Counted from the stretch's first letter, positions 30,609-39,910 are shown. The stretch is DNA of 64,000 bases from an uncultured bacterium (GCA_965371665.1 CBDUZI010000002.1:4013-68012), one strand, 5' to 3'. The notes: generated by a model from the sequence alone, not told the origin. Made by a program: numbers and translations.

Positions 30609-33041
30609 TCAGAATCCTTCTGTTAACCGTTGTTGCGCTTTCTGAGCCTTGTCGCGAGCATCAAACCAATATTCATCGAGAAGTGGACCAATTTCAGTTT
30701 CAACAACTTGCCTAAACCATTCCCGCGCATCACTGATAGGTATCCTGAAAGGTGGTGTCACATAGCTGTGACCAATACGAAACTGACTGCCAAGACTCGT
30801 ATCTGCGGCGATCTCTTCGTTTAGCGACAGAATTCGCTTTTCAATTTCCGAAAGAATCTCCGAATCGATGCCACATTGCACATGGACCCAGTCATACCAT
30901 ATCTTTCCGAGTTTGGGCTCCAAGTTAACGAAAGCGAAGCGCCGCCTTAATGCCAGGTCAACAAGAGCAAGAGAACGGTCTGCGATGTTCATCGTGCCGA
31001 TGACATACAAATTGTCGGGGATAAAAACCCTCTCCCCTTCTGTTTGTCGATAGCAGAGCTCCAGCGCCTCCGCAGGTGTTCTTTTGTCTGCCTCGAGCAG
31101 CGTCAACATCTCACCGAATATCTGAGCGGGATTTCCTCGGTTAATCTCCTCAATAACAATGACGTGCCTAATCGTTGGTTCTTTGGATGCAGCCTTTACC
31201 ATTTCCATAAATGAACCATCGACCAGAGATAATTTCCCGTCTCCGGAAGGCCTCCACCCGCGCACAAAATCCTCATACGACAAATTTGGGTGAAACTGCA
31301 CAGCACGCACCTTGCTGTCGTTTCGCTCCCCCATCAGGGCAAAAGCTAAGCGTTTTGAAAGCCAGGTTTTACCGGTGCCCGGTGGTCCCTGGAGTATCAG
31401 GTTCTTTTTCGTCCTGAGACGTTCAAGAAGTCTTTCTAATTGTGAACGCTCTATAAAGCAGCCATCTTTCAAGATATCCTCTATTGAATAAGGTTCGATA
31501 GGAACTGAAATAATTTCTTCTGTTTCAAGATCATCATTTAAATTCTGGTCGGAGAATTCAAATTCCAGCCACTTGTACTTTCCCCTGGCGAGAAATCCAA
31601 TTTTTCCCTCGTCGCGCAGAACTTGAATCTGCTTATTAACTGAATATTCTATAGTATTGTTACTTGGGAATTCGTTTTTTAATTTCTGGAGATACTCTTC
31701 CTGAAACTCTTTTCCAGAAAATTCTGCTGACTGCTTTTTACGGCAGAGTTCGCGAATAAATGAATAAACCAGATTTCTCCAATTGCTGTTCTGTATCCTT
31801 TCTATATCCTCCGTATCTTGAAAACGCCATGCTTCCAGTGATAGCTCTGGGAAGGAATGAACCGGATAAGCCTCTTCCTGGAAACGCGCTTCTATTGTGT
31901 TAGTAACAGTGAGATAGTCATTTGCATTGCAACGGCTTTTGGGTCCATTAAGACCAATTTTAATTCCCAATTTTTTGTTGATATAGTGTTGGGACTGACC
32001 ATCAAGTGTTAGGTAATTCCAAGGACGAATCCAATAGAGTCCCATCGTGAGATTCCAGCCAACCCCCCACCTTCCTGTCGCGTTGTCATAGGCTTTTATA
32101 AATGCTGACCGGACGTTGGGATCTTCTGATTCAGCAGATTGTATCGCTTCCGCAAATATCTCCCAAAGCGCATCTATGTCGCCTGGCTGACGCTTATTCT
32201 CAAAGCCGAAAAACCAGGACCGCTGGTTGTTAAGAATAGGTATCCCTTCAAAGGACTCCGGCACCGGTTCATCTACACCCAGTAATTTCGCTAACTCTGC
32301 GGCAATTGTTTTCCGGTTGGCATCTGTAATGCCACGGGTGAAGATTCCCATTGTAGTAAATGGGCAGATGTCCTTCAATGGACCGGTTGAGCCGTCCGCA
32401 AATTGGTCCTGCAAATTCGAAAGCCCATCCACCCGTGCGGCTATGGCATGGATTCCAGCAACCAACTCGCCTCTCTTTTCACGGAAACCAACCAGTTTAT
32501 CCGCAACGGCCTCATAGAAACGTGTCCAATTGAATTGTCGCTTGTCAACTGCCCCATTACCGAATCGTCCCCTCCAATATGGCGCATTTCTAAACCGGTT
32601 CATATCCTGGGGTTTATCCTCAAAAGTAAAACTGATCAATGCGTCAGTCGTCCAATCCCCAGGCAAAACCCTCCAGATGGTACTCCTGGACGTATAGAAA
32701 TACCATTCGCGTGGTGTTTCAAGTCCGGTCCAATCAACCAGTACTTTGTGGCCATCGCCAGGATTTCCGGTTACCTTTCCAATGGCCTTAAGTGCCATAA
32801 CGGAAACTGTTTGCCCTCGGTTATCAAACGGCAAATCATGCTTGCGTGTATAGGAAGACTTGATTGCTATACGGTCACCTGGTTGGATCGACCTCACAGC
32901 ATCGAGATATCTGTCCTGATACCCATTTTCCCAGATTCCTTCCGCAAGAAATCTGGGCATTTGGTCATCAGTCCCACCGTAAGCGGCTCCAACAAACCAA
33001 CACACTCGAGCACCAGCTCCTTCTGGTTTTGCATTCATCAT
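30609..33041 (-). CDS. mcrB: McrB-like AAA+ GTPase with about 520-aa N-terminal extension
   Basis: 810 aa. Walker A LILQGPPGTGKTW. McrB signature YVIGTMNIADRSLALVDLALRRRFAFV in the C-terminal third. The N-terminal roughly 520 aa have no domain recognisable by eye. GGAGGA RBS. Confidence 0.85.
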   Translation of the reverse strand: MMNAKPEGAGARVCWFVGAAYGGTDDQMPRFLAEGIWENGYQDRYLDAVRSIQPGDRIAIKSSYTRKHDLPFDNRGQTVSVMALKAIGKVTGNPGDGHKVLVDWTGLETPREWYFYTSRSTIWRVLPGDWTTDALISFTFEDKPQDMNRFRNAPYWRGRFGNGAVDKRQFNWTRFYEAVADKLVGFREKRGELVAGIHAIAARVDGLSNLQDQFADGSTGPLKDICPFTTMGIFTRGITDANRKTIAAELAKLLGVDEPVPESFEGIPILNNQRSWFFGFENKRQPGDIDALWEIFAEAIQSAESEDPNVRSAFIKAYDNATGRWGVGWNLTMGLYWIRPWNYLTLDGQSQHYINKKLGIKIGLNGPKSRCNANDYLTVTNTIEARFQEEAYPVHSFPELSLEAWRFQDTEDIERIQNSNWRNLVYSFIRELCRKKQSAEFSGKEFQEEYLQKLKNEFPSNNTIEYSVNKQIQVLRDEGKIGFLARGKYKWLEFEFSDQNLNDDLETEEIISVPIEPYSIEDILKDGCFIERSQLERLLERLRTKKNLILQGPPGTGKTWLSKRLAFALMGERNDSKVRAVQFHPNLSYEDFVRGWRPSGDGKLSLVDGSFMEMVKAASKEPTIRHVIVIEEINRGNPAQIFGEMLTLLEADKRTPAEALELCYRQTEGERVFIPDNLYVIGTMNIADRSLALVDLALRRRFAFVNLEPKLGKIWYDWVHVQCGIDSEILSEIEKRILSLNEEIAADTSLGSQFRIGHSYVTPPFRIPISDAREWFRQVVETEIGPLLDEYWFDARDKAQKAQQRLTEGF

Positions 33042-33075
33042 TCATCCTCCCGGCGTTTTTTGAGACCTGACCTAT

Positions 33076-34617
33076 TCAATGCTTCTTACTTTGCTTTTTT
33101 ATGTACTCAGCGCCTTTCTTAGTAAGACGGTATTTTTGCAGACGGCTTTGTGGGCTGTCCGGGATGGTCCTTTCTATAAATCCCGCCTTTAGCGCGGGAA
33201 CCAGGTACAGTTTACGGAAATTTTCTTCGCTTTTAAGACCTAGGGCATCTTGAAACTGTTTGCGTTTCATCTCTCCCTTGCATATTTTAAGGAGTCGTCC
33301 GACTTCACCTGTGACTTCACCTGTGACTTCACCTGTGACTTCGGGGGTAGCTTGGGGGGTGACTTGCGGGGCTGTTCCTCCCACAGCCTCAAAAGCGCGC
33401 CCGGATTTCCGGCGAATCGTTATCACAAATCCGTCTGTTAGCCGGAACTCCGGTTCCTTGAGTCCTGCTTCGCGGCAGCGTTCAACCATATCGCTGATGC
33501 CGGTTCCCATGCGCTCAATATACTTTGTCAGATATAAAGGCTCGGCAATCAACGGATTGACAGGCACTGATCCATGCGGCTGGCGCAGCTTTTCCAATGT
33601 GAGCGGAGGCGGAAGAGTGCCGGGATTCCACACTTCCAGCCGGTCGGAAAAAAGCATGACCTGCACACTGCCATTGCTGGTATAGTCACGATGCGCCACG
33701 GCATTGACAATTGCTTCGGAAATCACTTCCGGGGGAATTTCATACGCCACCGGCGCCTGCGGTCCGCGAGCGCGCGTACCCACGGCTAAATCAATTTTTG
33801 AAAGAACAAAATTAACCGACTGGTTCACCAAGTCAAATAATGTACCCTTAAAGGTTTGATAGAAAGGAATGGGTTTTGAAACGCTTATGCCGTGAAAATG
33901 GGCGCATTTTACTTCAGACGAAATTAGAAAACGCTGCGGATTTTTCCCGAATAGAAGCATGGCCGCGTTGGTCGGGAGATCGTTTTTAAGCAAATTCAAA
34001 TGCGCCAGCACATCCCGCATTTTGGTGTCGTCCGTCAAGGGTAATCCGCGCGAGTGACGGGCAAGTTGAAGAAACCAGCTAATTTTCTCTTCAGATAGGT
34101 CTTCCAGTTTCGCATCACGGCACAACGCGGCGTCAAACGGCACGTCGCGAAGCAACTCATGCGCTGCTAAATAATCCACCAGCGCCGCGTAAACTCCTGC
34201 CATGAGCTCTGAAAATGTTGAAAACCTCCGGCGGATAAGCCGTGCGCCGGCGTGTTTCACGAGTGCGCGCATTTTCGGATGACGTTGGCTGTCATCCAGA
34301 CCTTTGACAAATATCAAACGATATTTTCCGCGCCTGGTTGCTTCATCAAACTCCTGATGCGTGGCCGAAAAACCATTCGCATCTTCAAGCCCGTATTGAT
34401 TCCCGAAAATGCCAATATAAACCTCACATCGCCCGATTTCGTTCATGTACAATGCCACCGCTGATTGATCCGCAGCAGCTTTGTCTTCAAACACAAACGG
34501 CTCAAAAAACCTCCGCAACATTGGATCAGCGCACAGATACTCGCGCAGGGCTGCGCGCGCCGCTTTAAACTCTTTTTGAACACTGCTAATGAATATTTTA
34601 TATTTCATTCGAGTCAT
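33076..34617 (-). CDS. DUF4062 (TIR/SLOG-like) - RecG-C-terminal-like (HATPase_c_4) - winged-HTH fusion protein
   Basis: 513 aa. N-term YKIFISSVQKEFKAARAALREYL...CEVYIGIFGNQYG matches the DUF4062 pattern (FISS...R.YG). Middle AAMLLFGKNPQRF...IVNAVAHRDYTSNGSVQVMLFSDRLEVWNPG matches the 'RecG C-terminal/HATPase_c_4' type of putative regulators. C-terminal wHTH ...SRLQKYRLTKKGAEYIKK. Stop lies 34 nt upstream of mcrB on the same strand. Confidence 0.7.
   Translation of the reverse strand: MTRMKYKIFISSVQKEFKAARAALREYLCADPMLRRFFEPFVFEDKAAADQSAVALYMNEIGRCEVYIGIFGNQYGLEDANGFSATHQEFDEATRRGKYRLIFVKGLDDSQRHPKMRALVKHAGARLIRRRFSTFSELMAGVYAALVDYLAAHELLRDVPFDAALCRDAKLEDLSEEKISWFLQLARHSRGLPLTDDTKMRDVLAHLNLLKNDLPTNAAMLLFGKNPQRFLISSEVKCAHFHGISVSKPIPFYQTFKGTLFDLVNQSVNFVLSKIDLAVGTRARGPQAPVAYEIPPEVISEAIVNAVAHRDYTSNGSVQVMLFSDRLEVWNPGTLPPPLTLEKLRQPHGSVPVNPLIAEPLYLTKYIERMGTGISDMVERCREAGLKEPEFRLTDGFVITIRRKSGRAFEAVGGTAPQVTPQATPEVTGEVTGEVTGEVGRLLKICKGEMKRKQFQDALGLKSEENFRKLYLVPALKAGFIERTIPDSPQSRLQKYRLTKKGAEYIKKQSKKH
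33301..33342. repeat. in-frame 12-bp tandem repeat (GACTTCACCTGT x3.5) encoding (EVTG)n linker
   Basis: Read directly. Translates to TPEVTGEVTGEVTGEV within the gene at 33076..34617. Confidence 0.9.
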
Positions 34618-34689
34618 TCCCTCTTAAACAAAGCCTTACCGCGAAAGTCTACATATCGGGAGAGATTTCTTCTCTTCATACCCCCAACT

Positions 34690-35210
34690 CCTCAAAATTC
34701 CTTTTAATGGTCGCTGCCAGTTGCACGGCCTCACTGACGTTTCTCGATAGCCTCAATATGCTCCAACTGCGCCATGATTATTCCTACCCTCTAATAGTAT
34801 TAGGGGAAGATCAGACCGTCCCCTATCCCCATGGATTCAATCCATGCATAATTGTCAATGGGCGGGCACACCCTTCGGCTTCGCTCAGGACAAGGAGGCC
34901 CGCGCCCCTGCAAATTCTTTCATGCCTCCGCAGGGGCCGGCTTCTTTATCCTGCCTGTCCTGAGCATAGCGAAGGGAGCCTGCCGAAGGGCATGCCGGCC
35001 CAGGGTTTCAATTCATGCGTGATCATTAATGAGCGGGCCCCTGCCTGCTCTTCATTGTATCTTGCCCGGACCGGACCGGTCAAGCTCGTCGGCCCACCAC
35101 ATAATTAAAGCGTCTTCCTGATTATCGTTATAGTAAGCCCGCCTGATCGCATCAGGTTAAAGCCGTGCTTCTCGTAAAGCCGGATGCACGGCTAAATTGA
35201 TAATATGCCT
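34690..35210. repeat. segmental duplicate of the rimI-proximal region (R) plus a rimI 3' fragment
   Basis: 34690-35100 aligns with 38225-38550 (shared hairpin-rich sequence: cttcggcttcgctcaggacaaggaggcc, gtcctgcctgtcctgagcatagcgaagggag, ccctgcaaattctttcatgc). 35100-35210 is a copy of the rimI 3' coding end (38590-38700 joined to 38800-38830, with an internal deletion). The junction lies directly at the mltA stop. Confidence 0.8.
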
Positions 35211-35212
35211 GA

Positions 35213-36090
35213 TCACTCCCCCTGCTTCTTTTTCACCAGCAGATAGAGCTTACCGTTATTTTTGAGATGTCCGGCGACATATTCATTTTGTCTGCCGGAT
35301 CCACAAAATAAATCTATCCGGTGCGGCCCGCGTATCGCTCCTCCCGTATCCTGGAACAATACAAAACGGCTGATTTGTTCTTCCCGGATTTGATTTCCCT
35401 GTTCATCAAACACTGGAACATTTACTTCAATATACCCCAATCCCCCAGATTATCCACCCAGCACAGTTCCCGGCTTTTTCCGGTCAGGGTATTTCCAAAA
35501 TCAATTTCCGACCGCGTATAATAAGGCACGACCTTATTTTCATCAGTCAAACGGCCCCTTATTTTATTGGGTTTTATGTCGGAATCTGTAATGACGGGGA
35601 AATCCTTCAGTCTCAAGCTTACCAGATCATCCGGTAATTTATACAGCGGATAACAATAGCGGTTGCTCCTTTCAAAGGATCCCCGCAAAGTCGGCATGCA
35701 ATATGCCGTAAAAAACACTTGGGCGTCGTAGGGAATATAACTATTGAAATTTCTATGGAGATAATCGTAAAATTGGGTGTTTAGTCCGTTCTGCTGGAGC
35801 ATGGCTTTGATTTCGATTAATGCGGATTTCATCTCCGGAACCGTGAAGGTGTCCTGGCCCACATGGATGAGATCTGTCTCGGCTTTAGTCGCATAATACT
35901 GCAGGCTCATGTCCAGGGCGTGATAAAGAGCTGGTAAATCGTCCGGATCGTCGATAAATTTGATATTCGTAATTGGTGTTGGTCGAAATGCATTTTGAGG
36001 TGTCCAATCCGCAGGCTTAAACCAGGTGGCGCAGCTGTTTAGTATCAATAAAAAAAGTGGAAATAAGAGAAGTTTTGCTAAATTCTTCAT
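35213..36090 (-). pseudogene. mltA: membrane-bound lytic murein transglycosylase A, frameshifted at a C5/G5 homopolymer (about 35444-35448)
   Basis: Two overlapping ORFs (35422..36090 lipoprotein N-terminal MltA domain; 35213..35440 3D domain with QDTGGAIRG). Adding one G in the GGGGG run restores ...WVDNLGGLGYIEVNVPV.... Either an authentic pseudogene or a homopolymer sequencing error. Confidence 0.7.
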
Positions 36091-36689
36091 TCCGCCTCCA
36101 TCTCAGGTCTGAACTGCTGCTTTCCGCCTATGCTGCTTTACCGGCCCTGCTCCGGCAGCTTAAAAAATCCGGGATTTTTTTTGAGCCTGAAAAGGCGCAG
36201 TTGCCTTATATTCATCTGAACACTATTTTTATCCCTGAAATGATTCCTCCCCACGAACTCCGCCGCCGCACTCAAGCCGAGATGGCGCTTAAAAATAAAA
36301 CCCTTCAGAAAATTGAAGAGCTTAACCCGGAAGCAAAAATAACCGCCGCTAATATTCTTGAGCAAACCTTACAAGACCTGCGTTTAAAACACCGGATTCA
36401 GGATGCCAAAATCAATCAAGCCCTTTTAAATCGAATTCCTTCCGGCGCTATAGTTAATCTTGTCCGCCCGAACTGGTTTCCGGAATCCCTGGGCACCCCT
36501 ATCCTGGTATCGCATATGGGCTTTGCCATATGGAAAAACAACCGTCTCTATTTTCGCCATGCCACTTCATCCGGCGCTAAGTGCGTAACTGATGTTTTGC
36601 TTACCGAATATCTTCAAAAATATTTACTAAGTCCCACCCTGAAAGGTATCAATCTCCTGAAAATCCAATCTCCGCTTGAGACTGAGTGA
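36057..36689 (+). CDS. hypothetical protein (possible DUF1460-like), start uncertain
   Basis: The GTG ORF start overlaps the divergent mltA N-terminus. A more likely start is the internal ATG near 36249 (MIPPHEL...). C-terminal region NWFPESLGTPILVSHMGFAIWKNNRLYFRHATS. Confidence 0.35.
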   Translation: MEIREVLLNSSFRLHLRSELLLSAYAALPALLRQLKKSGIFFEPEKAQLPYIHLNTIFIPEMIPPHELRRRTQAEMALKNKTLQKIEELNPEAKITAANILEQTLQDLRLKHRIQDAKINQALLNRIPSGAIVNLVRPNWFPESLGTPILVSHMGFAIWKNNRLYFRHATSSGAKCVTDVLLTEYLQKYLLSPTLKGINLLKIQSPLETE

Positions 36690-36829
36690 ATGTATTAGGA
36701 AGACGGTCTTTGCCTGCCACCCATTTTTGTTTTTCCGATTAGAACCGGATAACCTCCCCCAGGATATTTATCCCACCTGCCATCCTTATCCGATTATCTG
36801 AAGAACGTCCCCGGTTCACTCTGCTCTAT

Positions 36830-37225
36830 TCAATGCTTCTTACTTTGCTTTTTTATGTACTCAGCGCCTTTCTTAGTAAGACGGTATTTTTGCAAACGGC
36901 TGTTGGGCTTATCCGCGATAGTTCGTTCAACAAGTTTTTCAGATAAAATATCCTGAACCAATCTTTTCAGAGACCCTGTAACCTGTTTTCTGCCAACTTT
37001 CACAGATTTTTCAGACATGGAAAGTGGCTTATTTGTTAATGCCATTACACTTGACTCAAACCCTGACTGGGCTCTTGACTGGACCCTGGTGGCTTGCGCA
37101 ATCTCTTTTTGTGACCAGGCCGCAGCAAAAGCACCAGTTTCATCACTTGATGTTGAGGTCTCTAACTCGCTATAGAAATTCAGCAAATCGTTATTCTTCA
37201 TTCTCCAGTAATTTTGCGATTTCAT
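36830..37225 (-). CDS. small wHTH protein; probable 3' remnant of a paralog of the 33076..34617 gene
   Basis: C-terminal 27 aa (…SRLQKYRLTKKGAEYIKKQSKKH) and about 95 nt of DNA (36826-36920) are near-identical to the 3' end of gene 33076..34617 (33072-33165). The N-terminal half has no homology. Overlaps the YhcG stop by 35 nt. Confidence 0.4.
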   Translation of the reverse strand: MKSQNYWRMKNNDLLNFYSELETSTSSDETGAFAAAWSQKEIAQATRVQSRAQSGFESSVMALTNKPLSMSEKSVKVGRKQVTGSLKRLVQDILSEKLVERTIADKPNSRLQKYRLTKKGAEYIKKQSKKH

Positions 37226-38219
37226 CCGGCGACGGCAACTGGCCTTTCAGCTCTTTGGGCAGTCGTTTGACAATGCGATAGGTTGCCACCCCAATCGGCT
37301 TGCGCGCATCACGCAGGGCATACTCAACAACAGTACGTTTTTTCTCCTTGCACAGGATAATTCCGATGGCGGGTTTTTCACCCTTCTCACGCACCTGTTG
37401 GTCCAACGCTGCCAGATAAAACTGCATCTTGCCAACAAATTCGGGCTTAAATTCACCGATCTTCAGTTCAATCGCAACGAGACATTTCATACGGCGGTGG
37501 TACAACAACAAATCAATGAAATACTCCTTATCTTCCACCTCCAGCCGGAATTGGCTGCCGAGAAAGGCAAACAGACCTCCCATAGTCCGCAGAAAATCCT
37601 CGATCCGCGCAATAAGGGCGTGCTCCAGTTCCCGTTCGGAATGGTCATCGCCCAGTTCAAGAAAACCAAAGGTATATTCATCCTTCACGGCCAATTTAGC
37701 CTGAGATCGCTGTCTTGGCGTCAATGCGCAGTCGAAATTGGTCTGACCCAACAGGGTTTTTTCATAGCTTTGGTTTTCGATCTGATGGACAAGGACATTT
37801 TTGGACCAGCCGTATTTCTTCGCCATGCGAATATAGAACTCGCGTTCCAGAGGATCGTTGCAACGCTGTAAAACAATTATATTATGGGTCCAACCGATTT
37901 GTGCAACCAATGGTTGCACTTTCGTGATATCCCGGTAAGCATGATAGAATTCCCGCATGTAGTAAACATTCCTGCGGGAAAAGCCGCTTATGCCAGGAAA
38001 TTCACGTTGTAAATCAATTGCCAATTGTTTTACGATTGCATCACCGTGCTTACTATCCACTTGCCGCTCGGTAATCAGCCTGCCGATATCCCAATACAGG
38101 CCAATCAGTTCCTTATTTACCGCCTTAAGGGCCGTATATTGAGCGACACGAATACGCTCTTTGACCTCAAGCAGCAGGTCGATGTAAGACCTGGATAACT
38201 TGCTTTGAACCTTACTCAT
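37191..38219 (-). CDS. YhcG-family (DUF1016 + PD-(D/E)xK) putative nuclease
   Basis: 342 aa. N-term SKVQSKLSRSYIDLLLEVKERIRVAQYTALKAVNKELIGLYWDIGRLI is typical of DUF1016. C-terminal core FIDLLLYHRRMKCLVAIELKIGEF (D...ELK). Confidence 0.8.
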   Translation of the reverse strand: MSKVQSKLSRSYIDLLLEVKERIRVAQYTALKAVNKELIGLYWDIGRLITERQVDSKHGDAIVKQLAIDLQREFPGISGFSRRNVYYMREFYHAYRDITKVQPLVAQIGWTHNIIVLQRCNDPLEREFYIRMAKKYGWSKNVLVHQIENQSYEKTLLGQTNFDCALTPRQRSQAKLAVKDEYTFGFLELGDDHSERELEHALIARIEDFLRTMGGLFAFLGSQFRLEVEDKEYFIDLLLYHRRMKCLVAIELKIGEFKPEFVGKMQFYLAALDQQVREKGEKPAIGIILCKEKKRTVVEYALRDARKPIGVATYRIVKRLPKELKGQLPSPDEIAKLLENEE

Positions 38220-38553
38220 ATCCCCAACTCCTCAAATTTCCTTTTGATGGCCGCGGCCAGTTGCACGTAAGAATAATCATCCACCTGCTATCCTTATCCG
38301 AAGAACGTCCCCTGTCCCTGTAATCGTCAAGGGGCGGACTCGCCCTTCGACTTCGCTCAGAACAAGGAGGCCCACCCCTACAAATTCTTTCATGCAGCCC
38401 AGGGTTTCAATTCATGCGTATTCGTCAACGGTCAGGCCCACTTGTCCTGCCTGTCCTGAGCATAGCCGAAGGGAGCATGTCGAAGGGCGTGCCCGCCCAG
38501 GAATTTCGCAGCCCACTGATGGGCAACCACTGGGGGTTGCCCCTACAAATTCT

Positions 38554-39045
38554 TTACGGCGTCATGCCCGGACCGAACTGGTCAAGCTCGTCGGCCCACA
38601 TAATTAAAGCATCTTCCTTATTGTCGTTGTAGTAAGCCCGCCGGATCGCGATCAGCTTGAAACCGTGCTTCTCGTAAAGCCGGATGGCCGGCCGGTTGCT
38701 GGCCCGCACTTCCAAAGTGGCCCGCCGTGCGCCCAGTCGCATGGCCCATTTCATGGTGGCCAGCAATAGCCGTTCAGCTATTTGCCGCCGCCGGAAAGCC
38801 GGATGCACGGCTAAATTGGTAATATGGGCCTCATCCTGTACCAGCCAAAAACCCATGTATCCGATTACATGATTTTGCTGCCGCGCTATCAGGTAATGGC
38901 AGAGTTCCTGGTTTTTAACCTCTTCTTCGAACATGGCACGCGTCCAGGGCGAAGAGAAAGAGCTTTCCTCCACCCAGAGAATCTCATCCACATCTTCGGG
39001 ACGGACGGGCGTGATTTCAATGCCCGGCTCTTGCAATCTGGTCAT
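38554..39045 (-). CDS. rimI: ribosomal-protein-alanine N-acetyltransferase (GNAT)
   Basis: 163 aa. GNAT motif HITNLAVHPAFRRRQIAERLL. Overlaps tsaB by 4 nt. Confidence 0.85.
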   Translation of the reverse strand: MTRLQEPGIEITPVRPEDVDEILWVEESSFSSPWTRAMFEEEVKNQELCHYLIARQQNHVIGYMGFWLVQDEAHITNLAVHPAFRRRQIAERLLLATMKWAMRLGARRATLEVRASNRPAIRLYEKHGFKLIAIRRAYYNDNKEDALIMWADELDQFGPGMTP

Positions 39046-39740
39046 ATTTCACCCTGTTCGGCTTTACGCCGGGCGCGCACCTCTTCGGCCTGAGTCCTTC
39101 TAAGATAAATGGGTGTGATATCCTCCCAGGACATCCCGCCGGCCAGTATCTTCTTTTCGCCTAATGGCGCCAGTTCTCCCGCCTCGGGCCAATGTCTCTC
39201 CGGCGGAAGTAAATGCAATTCTCCGCCCCGCGCCCGGAATAACGCTTCAAAAAACTCCTGGGCGCCCGGTCCGGTCACATTAACCGCCGTGGCAGGCAGC
39301 TGCTTTACCAGATCAGGAATGGATATTAGAGTTTCAGGCATGACCGTTTCCCATCCATACTCTTTTTTCCGGTAAAAAGCGGCATAGAGCATGTTTTGCC
39401 GGGCGTCCGCGATAACCAAGGCAGTGTTGCTCCGGCTTCCGGCTGCCACTGCCAAAAAACTGGAAACCCCGGCCACTGGGATGCCCAGAGACTGTCCCAG
39501 GCCCTGGGCCGTGCTAATCCCCACTCTTACACCGGTAAATGATCCCGGACCCAATCCCACCACTATTCCGCTTAGATCGCGGGGCGCGCGATTTATTTTA
39601 AGCAACAGGGATTCCAGGGCCGGAAGAATAATTTCATTGTGGCGGCGGTCGGAAGAACATGCGTGTTCTTCAAGCATGCGCCCCTTCTCCCAAAGCGCCA
39701 ACGAAAGCCGGGCGGATGAAGTGTCTAAACCCAGGATCAT
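39042..39740 (-). CDS. tsaB: tRNA t6A biosynthesis protein TsaB (YeaZ)
   Basis: MILGLDTSSARLSLALWEKG...GLGPGSFTGVRVGISTAQGL. Confidence 0.9.
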   Translation of the reverse strand: MILGLDTSSARLSLALWEKGRMLEEHACSSDRRHNEIILPALESLLLKINRAPRDLSGIVVGLGPGSFTGVRVGISTAQGLGQSLGIPVAGVSSFLAVAAGSRSNTALVIADARQNMLYAAFYRKKEYGWETVMPETLISIPDLVKQLPATAVNVTGPGAQEFFEALFRARGGELHLLPPERHWPEAGELAPLGEKKILAGGMSWEDITPIYLRRTQAEEVRARRKAEQGEI

Positions 39741-39799
39741 ATTACATCCTCTTTTCCGGCCAAGGGATATCCGATTACTTACCGCTTTTACACTTCTTC

Positions 39800-39910
39800 G
39801 TCATTCCGGCGAAGGCCGGAATCCAGAAAAGCATTGTAATATAACCGTATGCGTCCTGGATTCCGGCTTTCGCCGGAATGACAATCTTAAAAAACTATTA
39901 TGACACAGCC
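39800..39910. repeat. MITE family B copy
   Basis: gtcattccggcgaaggccggaatccag...cgccggaatgac + AATCTTAAAAAACTATTATGACACAG. Confidence 0.85.

Noticed and set aside
34707-35108. 133-aa plus-strand ORF across the duplicated R region
   Set aside because: Falls entirely within hairpin-rich duplicated non-coding sequence (copy of 38280-38550). Low-complexity product.
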